Part shown: in pieces, positions 36,707 to 45,198 of the stretch
Layout: every line of letters starts with the position of its first letter
How positions within the stretch are numbered: position 1 is the stretch's first letter
Assembly (NCBI GenBank): GCA_002371215.1
Contig: DFGL01000060.1
Coordinates: forward strand, 1,254-65,253
Reading direction: 5' to 3'
Origin: Ruminococcaceae bacterium UBA3751
Lineage (GTDB): Bacteria; Bacillota; Clostridia; Oscillospirales; Acutalibacteraceae
Length of the DNA: 64,000 bases
Made by a program: the position numbers and the translations under genes
Notes under the pieces: generated by a model
Database searches by the model: none
What the model was told of the DNA's origin: nothing
The model's input: only the letters and a program-made list of their open reading frames with translations

Positions 36707-38131
36707 TCATTCTTTTATTAATTCACCCTTTAAAACAAAGGTGAGCGGCTCTGTTACTTTTATTTTCTGGAAGGTTCCGATGAGCCATTCGTCGCCCTCA
36801 AATTCTATAATAATATTGCCGTCTGTTTTTGCGGCAACATAATTATCGCCCAATTTTCCCTTTGCTATAACGAAGCATTTGAATATTTTGCCCTTATGCA
36901 GCGCCATCTGCTCGGCGGATATTTCCTCCTGAACCTTAAGCAGCTCGCGCAGCCATTTTGACTTTTCGTCGTAGCTTACGGGGTCGTCCATCTCTGCTGC
37001 GGGAGTACCCACTCTCGGGGAATAGATAAAGGTAAACAGCGAGGTCGCTTTAACCTCTTTTATCAGCGAAACCGTATCAAGAAATTCCTCATAGGTTTCA
37101 CCGGGGAAACCGACTATAATATCGCTCGTTACCGAGAGCTCGTCCCCCATAAGCTCCCTTGCGTAATTAATAAGACTTAAATAGTGCTCTCTCGTGTAGT
37201 CCCTGTTCATCGCCTTAAGAACTCTGTTGTTTCCGCTTTGGAACGGCAGGTGAAGGTGGCACGCAACTTTTTCGCAGCTTGCCATCGTTTCAATAAGTTC
37301 CTTCGTACAGTCCTTCGGGTGGCTCGTCATAAAACGTATGCGGAAGTCGCCGTCAATATCGTTAAGTCTTCTGAGCAGCTCGGAAAAGCTGACGGACGGA
37401 GTTAAATCCTTACCGTAGGAATTAACGTTCTGCCCGAGGAGAGTTATCTCCTTTGCTCCGCTTTCAACAAGTTCTCTGAATTCGCGCTCAATATCGCTTA
37501 CGTTACGGCTTCTCTCCCTGCCCCTAACATACGGTACAATACAGTATGTACAGAAATTGTTGCATCCGTACATTATAGGCAGCCACGCCTTACTCTCGCT
37601 GTCGCGCTTAACGGGGAGACCCTCGGCTATAACGCCGTCAATATCGGGAAGCTCAAAAACTCTCTTTCTCCTTGTAAGCGCACTGTACAGCAGCTCGGGG
37701 AGTTTATGAACAACGTGCGTACCGAAAACGAGGTCAACAAACGGGAAGGAATTATATATTCTGTCCGCAATATGCTTTTGCTGCATCATACAGCCGCAAA
37801 GCGCAATAATTACGTCGTGGTTTGCAAGCTTGTACTTTTTCAGCGCGCCGACGTTACCGAAGACTCTGTCCTCTGCATGCTCGCGCACGGCGCAGGTATT
37901 GAAGATAACGAGTTTTGCCGAGTGCCTGTCCTCAGTAAAGGCATAGCCCATTTTTTCCAGCATACCTTTTATTCTTTCGCTGTCCGCAACGTTTTGCTGG
38001 CAGCCGTAGGTAACAACGCAGGCGAGCGGCTTTTCTTCGTACCTTTGTGAAAGCAGAGATGAAACGCGTTTTTCATACGCTTTCTGCTCGTTAAGCTCCG
38101 CCTCGGTTACTCTGCGGATATCAGACGCCAC
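36707..38131 (-). CDS. miaB: tRNA-i6A37 methylthiotransferase MiaB (radical SAM)
   Basis: The N-terminal UPF0004 Cys residues lie in YGCQQN and FNTCAVRE. The radical-SAM motif is CNNFCTYCIVP. A C-terminal TRAM domain is present. The start is GTG, with GAGGGTGA upstream. Confidence 0.93.
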   Translation of the reverse strand: MASDIRRVTEAELNEQKAYEKRVSSLLSQRYEEKPLACVVTYGCQQNVADSERIKGMLEKMGYAFTEDRHSAKLVIFNTCAVREHAEDRVFGNVGALKKYKLANHDVIIALCGCMMQQKHIADRIYNSFPFVDLVFGTHVVHKLPELLYSALTRRKRVFELPDIDGVIAEGLPVKRDSESKAWLPIMYGCNNFCTYCIVPYVRGRERSRNVSDIEREFRELVESGAKEITLLGQNVNSYGKDLTPSVSFSELLRRLNDIDGDFRIRFMTSHPKDCTKELIETMASCEKVACHLHLPFQSGNNRVLKAMNRDYTREHYLSLINYARELMGDELSVTSDIIVGFPGETYEEFLDTVSLIKEVKATSLFTFIYSPRVGTPAAEMDDPVSYDEKSKWLRELLKVQEEISAEQMALHKGKIFKCFVIAKGKLGDNYVAAKTDGNIIIEFEGDEWLIGTFQKIKVTEPLTFVLKGELIKE

Positions 38132-38289
38132 GCCGTCACCCTCTTTCCCAAAATATATAATAACCCATAATGGTAATTATTATAACAAATACTTACTATA
38201 TATTCAATATAGAAACTTATAAATATTTTATTAATTTAGTATTAATTATTATATAATTTTACCACTTTGTTAATTTCAGACGTGATGTG

Positions 38290-38318
38290 TTGATTTTTGT
38301 AAAACAAAGTGATATTAT
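38290..38318 (+). promoter_or_regulatory. Sigma-A-type promoter of malQ
   Basis: TTGATT is followed by 17 nt and then TATTAT, with an extended -10 TG. The SD AGAAGGTGG lies downstream. Confidence 0.5.
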
Positions 38319-38347
38319 TTTAATACTACTTAGAAGGTGGTTTCACT

Positions 38348-39883
38348 ATGCTGAAAAACAGAGGTGCAGGAGTTTTGCTGCACATAAGTTCAATGCCGTC
38401 GCCCTACGGCATCGGAGTTTTTGATGAAAATGCAGTTCATTTTGTTGACAGAATTGCAGATATGGGCTTTACCTACTGGCAGGTTTTGCCGTTTAACCCC
38501 GTTGACGCGGCAAATTCGCCGTACTGCTCGCCGAGTGCCTTTGCGGGCAACTATCTTTTCATTGACCCGAAGAAGCTTTATGAGGACGGGCTGATTGACG
38601 AAAACGATTTAAACGAAAACGTATATAACGGAACGCCGTACACCGCGGATTACACCTTTGCGGCTGAAAAAAGGCTGAAAACGCTAAAAAAAGCATTTCT
38701 CAACGTAACTGACGAAACGGCGCAGAAAATCAAGGAATTCGAGCTGAATAATTCATGGCTTTCCGATTACGCTCTCTATATGGCTGTTAAAGAGGAGGAG
38801 GGACAGAAGCCGTGGTGGGAATGGAGCAAAAAGCACGCTCATTACTACGACTGCGTTAAGGATATTTACCTTTACGACGACAGGGCGGCATTCTGGAAAT
38901 TCGTTCAGTACATATTCTATAAGCAGTGGAATGAAATAAAGGAATACGCAAACGAAAAAGGCGTTGCAATTATTGGCGATATGCCGATTTACGTTGCTAT
39001 GGACAGCGCAGACGTATGGGCTAACCTTCCGATGTTCCTCATTGACGAAAAGACGCTGAAGGTACAGAAGGTTGCGGGCGTTCCGCCCGATTATTTCAGC
39101 GAGGACGGTCAGCTCTGGGGCAACCCTATTTACGACTGGAAGGCTATGAAAAAAGACGGCTATTCCTGGTGGCTTACCCGCCTTGAAAACGCGCTCAAAA
39201 CCTACGACGTCGTAAGGATTGACCACTTCCGCGCCTTCGCTTCCTACTGGGCTGTTCCCGCCGAGAGCAAAACCGCCAAGGTGGGCGAATGGTTTGACGG
39301 ACCGAAAATGGATTTCTTCAACAAGGTCTTTGAAAAATTCGGCAAAAACGCGCCGATTATCGCAGAGGACTTAGGAACGTTCGGCGAGGACGTTATCAAG
39401 CTCCTTGCAGATACCGGCCTCCCGGGAATGAAGGTTGCGCAGTTTGCCTTTGACCCGAACGGCGACAGCACTCACCTTCCTCACAATGCGGAAAAGAATT
39501 CCATTAACTATGTCGGCACCCACGATAATAATACAATCCTCGGCTGGCTCTGGGAGGCGAGCGAGGCGGAGCGCAGTTTTGCGCTTTCCTATTGTCATTT
39601 CAGCGGTAACAACTGGGGTGAGGGCGGCTACCGTTCACTCTCCTGCAGAAGCATAACGGAAGCGGTATGGCAAAGCGCCTCAAACGTAGCTGTAATAACG
39701 CTTCAGGATATGTGCGGCTTCGGTGCGGACGCAAGGATGAATAAGCCCGGAATCGCTGAAAAGAACTGGGCTTTCCGTACAACGAGGGAAACTATAGACA
39801 GCATTGATACGGGATATTTTAAACACATAAATTCTCTTTACAGAAGAACATACCCCGTATTCGACAAAAAGGTGACTCAATGA
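38348..39883 (+). CDS. malQ: 4-alpha-glucanotransferase (amylomaltase, GH77)
   Basis: GH77 signatures are present: GVLLHISSMPSPYGIG, VRIDHFRAF, IIAEDLG, GTHDN and the spacing of the catalytic residues. Confidence 0.93.
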   Translation: MLKNRGAGVLLHISSMPSPYGIGVFDENAVHFVDRIADMGFTYWQVLPFNPVDAANSPYCSPSAFAGNYLFIDPKKLYEDGLIDENDLNENVYNGTPYTADYTFAAEKRLKTLKKAFLNVTDETAQKIKEFELNNSWLSDYALYMAVKEEEGQKPWWEWSKKHAHYYDCVKDIYLYDDRAAFWKFVQYIFYKQWNEIKEYANEKGVAIIGDMPIYVAMDSADVWANLPMFLIDEKTLKVQKVAGVPPDYFSEDGQLWGNPIYDWKAMKKDGYSWWLTRLENALKTYDVVRIDHFRAFASYWAVPAESKTAKVGEWFDGPKMDFFNKVFEKFGKNAPIIAEDLGTFGEDVIKLLADTGLPGMKVAQFAFDPNGDSTHLPHNAEKNSINYVGTHDNNTILGWLWEASEAERSFALSYCHFSGNNWGEGGYRSLSCRSITEAVWQSASNVAVITLQDMCGFGADARMNKPGIAEKNWAFRTTRETIDSIDTGYFKHINSLYRRTYPVFDKKVTQ

Positions 39884-39896
39884 GTCACCTTTTTTA
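39866..39896. terminator. Bidirectional rho-independent terminator (malQ and the convergent Cys-rich gene)
   Basis: AGGTGACTC-AAT-GAGTCACCT is flanked by an A-run and a T-run. The malQ stop codon lies within the hairpin. Confidence 0.85.
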
Positions 39897-39981
39897 ATTA
39901 AGAGTTATGAGTTAAGAATTAAGAATTGTTCGTTGCAATAAATTCAGCGAAGTGCCGAAAAACAATTCTTCATTCTTAATT
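39896..39981. repeat. Mosaic intergenic repeat, locus D (heptamer arrays in inverted orientation around a TTGCAAT box)
   Basis: Heptamers AATTAAG AGTTATG AGTTAAG AATTAAG AATTGTT lie at 39896-39930. The box GTTCGTTGCAAT lies at 39928-39939. Inverted heptamers AACAATT CTTCATT CTTAATT lie at 39961-39981. AAGAATTGTT (39921-39930) is the exact reverse complement of AACAATTCTT (39961-39970). Confidence 0.75.
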
Positions 39982-39985
39982 CATT

Positions 39986-40768
39986 TTATTCAGCCGGCCC
40001 GGGAAGAATGTCGCCGCTTTCGGGCGGGAAGAACTCGTCAACGGGGAAATCAATATTCTGAAAGCTCTCGCACGGAGACTGAGTTGAGCAGTTGCATTCA
40101 TTTTCGGGAATGCAGAAATCAATAGCCGGAATCATAATCTGAACGTCGCGTGAAAGCTGAATAATTGAGAATAAACCGAGGGTTACGAGCACTGCCTTCT
40201 GAGGATTCTGAGGAAATCTTGAATTATCAAAATTCTGACGGATAGAATCCGGGAAGGTTGTGCAACAGCGGTGGTGGCAATGGCAAACCTCAACAACGTC
40301 AGTATCAAGGATAACGGGGTCAACCGCCTGTACTTTTGCTGTGGGATTGGTGTATTTAGGCGCTTCGGGGCAATCGCTTCTGCGGCTGCCTGCGGTTGAG
40401 GTAAAGGTTTTAACGTTACCCTCAGCCCCAAAGAGAATACATCTTTTTTCAAAATTAGCGTAGCCGACAGCAACCTGAGGCATAGCGCAGGGAGCGGTAT
40501 AAGTATCAAAGCGCAAACGGAAATAGAAATTAATGTTTACGCTGTAATAGCCTCTGTTGAACGGCACCTCATCAACGTCAATGCTTACCGCAGAAATATC
40601 GCAGTCTCTCGGCTTAACCGTTACGGCATTGTCAATAAGCGACTGAGCCGCGTCATTAAAAGTTACTCTTAAGTTTTCGCAGCAGTCTCTGCTTACGCAG
40701 GAATCATAAATTCTTTTTGTATCAATGCAAACGTTTTCGCTGATACGGCTGCTCTGAATATCTGACAT
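39986..40768 (-). CDS. Cysteine-rich protein of unknown function (260 aa, 16 Cys); possibly a structural or spore-coat-like protein
   Basis: GAAGGAG lies 7 nt upstream of the ATG. Cys motifs include CIDTKRIYDSCVSRDCC, CHCHHRCC and CIPENECNCSTQSPC. There is no signal peptide or TM segment. The gene is monocistronic, sitting between two terminators. Confidence 0.75.
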   Translation of the reverse strand: MSDIQSSRISENVCIDTKRIYDSCVSRDCCENLRVTFNDAAQSLIDNAVTVKPRDCDISAVSIDVDEVPFNRGYYSVNINFYFRLRFDTYTAPCAMPQVAVGYANFEKRCILFGAEGNVKTFTSTAGSRRSDCPEAPKYTNPTAKVQAVDPVILDTDVVEVCHCHHRCCTTFPDSIRQNFDNSRFPQNPQKAVLVTLGLFSIIQLSRDVQIMIPAIDFCIPENECNCSTQSPCESFQNIDFPVDEFFPPESGDILPGPAE

Positions 40769-40770
40769 AG

Positions 40771-40823
40771 AAAAACTCCTTCATAAAGTATTTGAAGATT
40801 TACTTCAATACATACTATGAAGG
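40771..40823 (-). terminator. pcrA terminator-like hairpin that also contains the SD of the downstream Cys-rich gene
   Basis: On the minus strand, CCTTCATA..TTGAAG-TAAAT-CTTCAA..TATGAAGG is followed by AGTTTTTCT and then the ATG. The 3' arm TATGAAGG overlaps the SD GAAGGAG. Confidence 0.6.
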
Positions 40824-40839
40824 AGTAATTTTTAGGTGA

Positions 40840-43128
40840 TTATATTTTTTCAAGGCGGGCAAAATTAGCCATTACCTTTTTAGTGCCCGATTTATCAAAG
40901 GCAATTTCCATAAGCATATCGTTACCCATAGGCTTAACGGAGAGGATAACGCCCGTTCCGAAGCTCTTATGCTTAACCGTATCGCCAACCTTATAGTCAA
41001 CGGACGGCTTTTCGGCGGTATTCCCTGCCTGACCGAAGCTGTGAGCGGAGCTGCTTGAGCGCTTTTCACTTCCGATAGAAACGCTTTTTGCATATCTTGC
41101 GGCGGTTTTCGGCTTGCCGAAACCGTGGTCGTAGCCGCCCGTACTGCTACCCGTAAAGCCGTAGCTTTTCGGCGCGGTTTCAACCGTTCTGTCCTCAATA
41201 ATATCGCTGTCAATCTCCCTTACAAAGCGCGAAGGCATATTGCGCTGTGTTGTACCGTAGAGCATTCGCTGGCGGGAGTTGATAAGATAGAGCTTCTCCC
41301 TCGCCCTTGTAATGCCAACGTAGGCAAGGCGGCGCTCCTCCTCAAGCTCCTCATCAGAATACAAGCTCTGGTTCCCGGGGAAAATTCCCTCCTCCAAGCC
41401 GGGAATGAACACAACGGGGAATTCAAGTCCCTTAGCAGAGTGAATAGTCATAAGAACGACGCAGTCGTCATCCACATTGTAACTGTCTATATCGGAAACG
41501 AGGGCGACGTCCTCAAGGAATTCATTGAGGGAAAATTCATCGTCCTCCTCCTGATACTTGATAAGCATTGAGGAAAGCTCCTGAACGTTGTTTTTTCTGT
41601 CCTCGGATTTAGTCGGGTCCTCCTCGTCAAGATACTGAAAATACTGCGTCTCCGAAAGGATTTCCTGAAGCAAATCGGACATAGTCATACCCTCGTCAAC
41701 CAAGGCTCTGAAATGCTTAATCATATCGCAAAACGCGGTGAGTTTACCCGCTGAACGCGCGGTTTTTGTAAACTCATCGGCGTGCTCGCAGACCTCAAAC
41801 GCCGTCATTTCGTTAATAGCGGCAATTTCAAGTATGTAATTAAACATCGTGTCGCCTATACCGCGCTTCGGGGTGTTAATAATTCGGTGAAGCCTTACGT
41901 TATCAGCAGGGTTATTGATAACCGCAAAATACGAAATAATATCCTTGATTTCCTTACGGTCAAAGAAACGGTTTCCGCCGATAATCTTATACGAAATGCC
42001 CGATTTTGCGAGCATAATTTCTATATTACGCGACTGAGCGTTCATTCGGTAAAGCACGGCATGGTCGCGGTAACTCATACCCTTGGCAACGTTTTCGTTA
42101 ATCTCATCAACAATAAACTGCGCCTCGTCAAGCTCGTTGAGAGCGGTAAAAAGCACTACCCTGTCGCCGTCCTCACCCTTATAGGAGCGAAGCGTTTTAT
42201 CGGCAAGGCGGGTTTTGTTGTTTTTAATTACGGAATTGGCGGCGTTCAGAATATTCTGCATTGAGCGGTAATTTTCCGCAAGTTCAAGCTGAATAACCGT
42301 AAGTCCCTCATCCTCATAGCGCTCCTTAAAGCGCATAATATTTTCAATCGTGGCGCCGCGAAAACGGTAAATACTCTGGTCGTCATCGCCTACAACGCAA
42401 ATATTATGGTAACCGCCTGCAAGCAGATACGTAAGAACATACTGGGCGTAGCTCGTATCCTGATATTCGTCAACGATAACGTATTTAAACTGCTTCTGAT
42501 ACATTTCAAGCACGTCGGGATTACTTCTGAAAAGCTCAACGGTATTGAAAATCATATCGTCAAAATCCATTGCGTCAGCCTTTTTGAGTTCCTTCTGATA
42601 AGCCTCATAGCACTGTGCAATTTTTGCTTTTCTGAAGTCGTTCTGAGTTTCCGCCATATACTCCTTATAATCAATAAGAGAGTCCTTCGCCCTGCTGATT
42701 TCCGCAAGGATTGAGCGGTGGTTTATAAATTTATCTTCAATGCCGAGATGCTTTTGAACGCGCTTCATAACGCGCTTCTGGTCATCGGTATCATAGATAG
42801 TAAAATGCTGCGAATAACCGAGTCTTTCGCCGAAACGGCGCAGTATTCTTCCGCACATTGAATGGAAGGTATGAGCCCATATATCGTTAGCCTCAACGCC
42901 TATAGCGCCCTCAAGCCTCTCCTTAAGCTCGCCCGCCGCCTTATTTGTAAAGGTGATTGCAAGCACCTGCCAAGGAAAGGCGTAGCCGTCCGCTATAATA
43001 TGCTCAATACGCTTGACGATGGTTGCGGTTTTTCCCGTTCCGGCACCCGCAACAACGAGCACGGGACCGTCAACCGTATTGATTACTCTCTGCTGTTCTT
43101 TATTCGGTATTACTGCGTCTTTATTCAT
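40840..43128 (-). CDS. pcrA: ATP-dependent DNA helicase PcrA (UvrD family, SF1)
   Basis: The protein has the Walker A motif AGAGTGKT, the DEYQDT motif (motif II), TIHSAKGLEF and VGITRA. A C-terminal Tudor-like tail contains VGDTVKHKSFGTG. Confidence 0.93.
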   Translation of the reverse strand: MNKDAVIPNKEQQRVINTVDGPVLVVAGAGTGKTATIVKRIEHIIADGYAFPWQVLAITFTNKAAGELKERLEGAIGVEANDIWAHTFHSMCGRILRRFGERLGYSQHFTIYDTDDQKRVMKRVQKHLGIEDKFINHRSILAEISRAKDSLIDYKEYMAETQNDFRKAKIAQCYEAYQKELKKADAMDFDDMIFNTVELFRSNPDVLEMYQKQFKYVIVDEYQDTSYAQYVLTYLLAGGYHNICVVGDDDQSIYRFRGATIENIMRFKERYEDEGLTVIQLELAENYRSMQNILNAANSVIKNNKTRLADKTLRSYKGEDGDRVVLFTALNELDEAQFIVDEINENVAKGMSYRDHAVLYRMNAQSRNIEIMLAKSGISYKIIGGNRFFDRKEIKDIISYFAVINNPADNVRLHRIINTPKRGIGDTMFNYILEIAAINEMTAFEVCEHADEFTKTARSAGKLTAFCDMIKHFRALVDEGMTMSDLLQEILSETQYFQYLDEEDPTKSEDRKNNVQELSSMLIKYQEEDDEFSLNEFLEDVALVSDIDSYNVDDDCVVLMTIHSAKGLEFPVVFIPGLEEGIFPGNQSLYSDEELEEERRLAYVGITRAREKLYLINSRQRMLYGTTQRNMPSRFVREIDSDIIEDRTVETAPKSYGFTGSSTGGYDHGFGKPKTAARYAKSVSIGSEKRSSSSAHSFGQAGNTAEKPSVDYKVGDTVKHKSFGTGVILSVKPMGNDMLMEIAFDKSGTKKVMANFARLEKI

Positions 43129-43132
43129 AAAT

Positions 43133-44416
43133 TTATCCTAACAATGTTAATAGTATACCCGCTGCAACCGCTGAGCCGATAACGCCTGAAACGTTCGGTC
43201 CCATTGCGTGCATAAGAAGGAAGTTTGAGGGATTCTCCTCCTGCCCTACCTTCTGGCTTACGCGCGCCGCCATAGGTACTGCGGAAACGCCCGCGGAGCC
43301 GATAAGCGGATTGATTTTCCCCTTTGAAACAATGTACATAATCTTTCCGAAAAGCGTACCGCCCGCTGTTCCGAACGCAAATGCAATCAAGCCGAGAACG
43401 ACTATAAGCAGCGTTTTAAGATTAAGGAAGGTTTTCGCAGAGGTTGTTGCGCCAACGGAAATTCCGAGCATAATTGTAACGATATTCATAAGCTCATTCT
43501 GCGCCGCCTTTGCAATACGCTCCGTCTGGCCGCTCTCCTTAAGCAGATTTCCGAGCATAAGCATACCCACAAGTGCAGCCGCGTCCGGCAGAAGAAGCGA
43601 AACGATAACCGTTACCATAATCGGGAACAGGATTTTCTCACGCTTTGAAACGGGGCGGAGATTACCCATAACAACGCTGCGCTCCTTTTTAGTTGTAAGC
43701 GCTCTCATAATAGGCGGCTGAATAAGCGGAACGAGCGCCATATACGAATACGCTGCAACGGCGATAGTACCGAGCATTTCAGGCGCAAGCTTTGAGGTTA
43801 CAAAAATTGCGGTTGGTCCGTCCGCGCCGCCGATAATTGCGATTGAGCCCGCCTCCTGCGGAGTAAACGCCAAATCGAGATTAAGGTTCGGCATAAGGCT
43901 GTGAAGAGCACCGTCAAGACCGCTGCCCATACCTATTGCAATAATATACGCCGCAAAAATACCGAGCTGTGCCGCCGCGCCGAGAATAAAGGACGACGGG
44001 CGCGCAATGAGCGAGGTAAAGTCAGTCATAGCGCCGATTCCGAGGAAAATCAACGGCGGATAAATTCCCGCCTTAACGCCGAAGTAGAGAAAATCCATAA
44101 GTCCCGGGCTTGCGGCAACCCACTGCCCCGTTGCCTCATCAAGCATCCGCCCGCGGGCAACAAGCTCAACAAAACCCTGCAAATCATGATAATGAACAGC
44201 AAGGTTCGCACCCGGAAGATTAGCAAGGAGCATACCGAAGGCAATCGGTATCATAAGAAGCGGCTCAAAGCCTTTTTTTATTCCGAGGTATAAGAATACG
44301 AAGGAGAGAAGAATCATAATGAGATTTTTCCAGCCCCCGTCGGAGAAAAAGTATGCGTATCCGCTGTTAAGAAAAATATCCTTAACAACCTCCCATACGC
44401 CGTTTAAAATATCCAT
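43133..44416 (-). CDS. oadB: Sodium ion-translocating decarboxylase beta subunit (OadB/GcdB/MmdB family)
   Basis: This is a polytopic membrane protein. The N-terminus (WKNLIMILLSFVFLYLGIKKGFEPLLMIPIAFGMLLANLP) and the conserved segments IGGADGPT and GVSAVPMAARV are typical of the family. Confidence 0.88.
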   Translation of the reverse strand: MDILNGVWEVVKDIFLNSGYAYFFSDGGWKNLIMILLSFVFLYLGIKKGFEPLLMIPIAFGMLLANLPGANLAVHYHDLQGFVELVARGRMLDEATGQWVAASPGLMDFLYFGVKAGIYPPLIFLGIGAMTDFTSLIARPSSFILGAAAQLGIFAAYIIAIGMGSGLDGALHSLMPNLNLDLAFTPQEAGSIAIIGGADGPTAIFVTSKLAPEMLGTIAVAAYSYMALVPLIQPPIMRALTTKKERSVVMGNLRPVSKREKILFPIMVTVIVSLLLPDAAALVGMLMLGNLLKESGQTERIAKAAQNELMNIVTIMLGISVGATTSAKTFLNLKTLLIVVLGLIAFAFGTAGGTLFGKIMYIVSKGKINPLIGSAGVSAVPMAARVSQKVGQEENPSNFLLMHAMGPNVSGVIGSAVAAGILLTLLG

Positions 44417-44427
44417 AAAACTAACTC

Positions 44428-44847
44428 CTAAAACGGTCTTGTATTATCAATAATTGCTGCCTGAGCCCAGGCGTTTCGTTTAAATTCGGGCGCCTTGTTT
44501 TTAGTAACAGATTTAATCCTTGCGCCTTCGCCCTCAACCATATACACAGCCGCACTTATTGCTGCGATAACTTCGCCGGGGATACCGTCTTGTTCATTTA
44601 ACGTACCTTCCGCTTCTGTTTCTATTTCAGGCGGAGCGGGTATTACGGCAGCCCTCTCGCTGCTTTTCATTTCCCTTTCCTTAGCCTTTTTCTCGGCGGA
44701 GCTTACCGCCTTTCCGAACGCCGCAAAAATAAGAATTAAAACCGCAAGCGTTGCAAGGACGATGCCTATCCCCGCAATTACAACCGTAAAGGTAAAGGTG
44801 AGCGAGCGGTCGGGAACTATTGAAGTTTCAAGCAAAAATAAATCCAC
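44428..44847 (-). CDS. oadG: OadG-like decarboxylase gamma subunit (single-TM small subunit)
   Basis: The GTG start has GGGGGAA upstream. The protein has one TM helix (FTVVIAGIGIVLATLAVLILIF), a charged linker and the motif EVIAAISAAV typical of OadG-family proteins. The gene lies directly upstream of the beta subunit. Confidence 0.65.
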   Translation of the reverse strand: MDLFLLETSIVPDRSLTFTFTVVIAGIGIVLATLAVLILIFAAFGKAVSSAEKKAKEREMKSSERAAVIPAPPEIETEAEGTLNEQDGIPGEVIAAISAAVYMVEGEGARIKSVTKNKAPEFKRNAWAQAAIIDNTRPF

Positions 44848-44878
44848 GCCTATTCCCCCATTATATATAATTACAATT

Positions 44879-44907
44879 ATTATAATTCAAAACGGCGGCT
44901 TTTTCAA
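44879..44907 (-). promoter_or_regulatory. Sigma-A-type promoter of oadG-oadB-pcrA
   Basis: On the minus strand, TTGAAA is followed by 17 nt and then TATAAT. Confidence 0.55.
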
Positions 44908-44954
44908 CCGATTTTGAGTTTTATTTATTATTCTACCCTTTGCACAAAAAAGTG

Positions 44955-44982
44955 TTGATTTATTCTGAAAATAGGGTATAAT
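44955..44982 (+). promoter_or_regulatory. Sigma-A-type promoter of the small membrane ORF
   Basis: TTGATT is followed by 16 nt and then TATAAT. It is divergent from the oadG promoter. Confidence 0.45.
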
Positions 44983-45010
44983 ATAGTTATAAACAAACGG
45001 AGGTGTTTTT

Positions 45011-45148
45011 ATGTTAAGTAAAGAAGCTATGATTATCGCTATATTAGTTGCGCTTATTCTTCTGTGGGCTACAGAAACGCTCGGCATGAGAAGAACCTCC
45101 ACCCTGCTCGGAGGAGTTATTGACTTAGGTTTCGCGCTTCTCAGATAG
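45011..45148 (+). CDS. Small hydrophobic protein (45 aa), not listed in the ORF track
   Basis: The ORF encodes MLSKEAMIIAILVALILLWATETLGMRRTSTLLGGVIDLGFALLR. GGAGGTG lies 6 nt upstream of the ATG. The ORF has its own promoter and its own terminator. Confidence 0.45.
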   Translation: MLSKEAMIIAILVALILLWATETLGMRRTSTLLGGVIDLGFALLR

Positions 45149-45163
45149 CATAATAAATAATTA

Positions 45164-45196
45164 AGGCTGAATGTTACCATTCAGCCTGTTTTTTTA
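45164..45196. terminator. Bidirectional rho-independent terminator (small ORF and recG)
   Basis: AGGCTGAAT-GTTACC-ATTCAGCCT is followed by GTTTTTTT on the plus strand. Confidence 0.8.
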
Positions 45197-45198
45197 TA

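Noticed and set aside
38296-38312. TGTAAAACAAAGTGA in the malQ promoter spacer considered as a CcpA cre site.
   Set aside because: It lacks the central CG and the dyad symmetry of the cre consensus (WTGNAANCGNWNNCW).
44887-45180. A 97-aa minus-strand ORF between recG and oadG.
   Set aside because: It runs antisense across the small plus-strand ORF, both promoters and the terminator. The stand-alone 45-aa plus-strand unit with an SD explains the region better.
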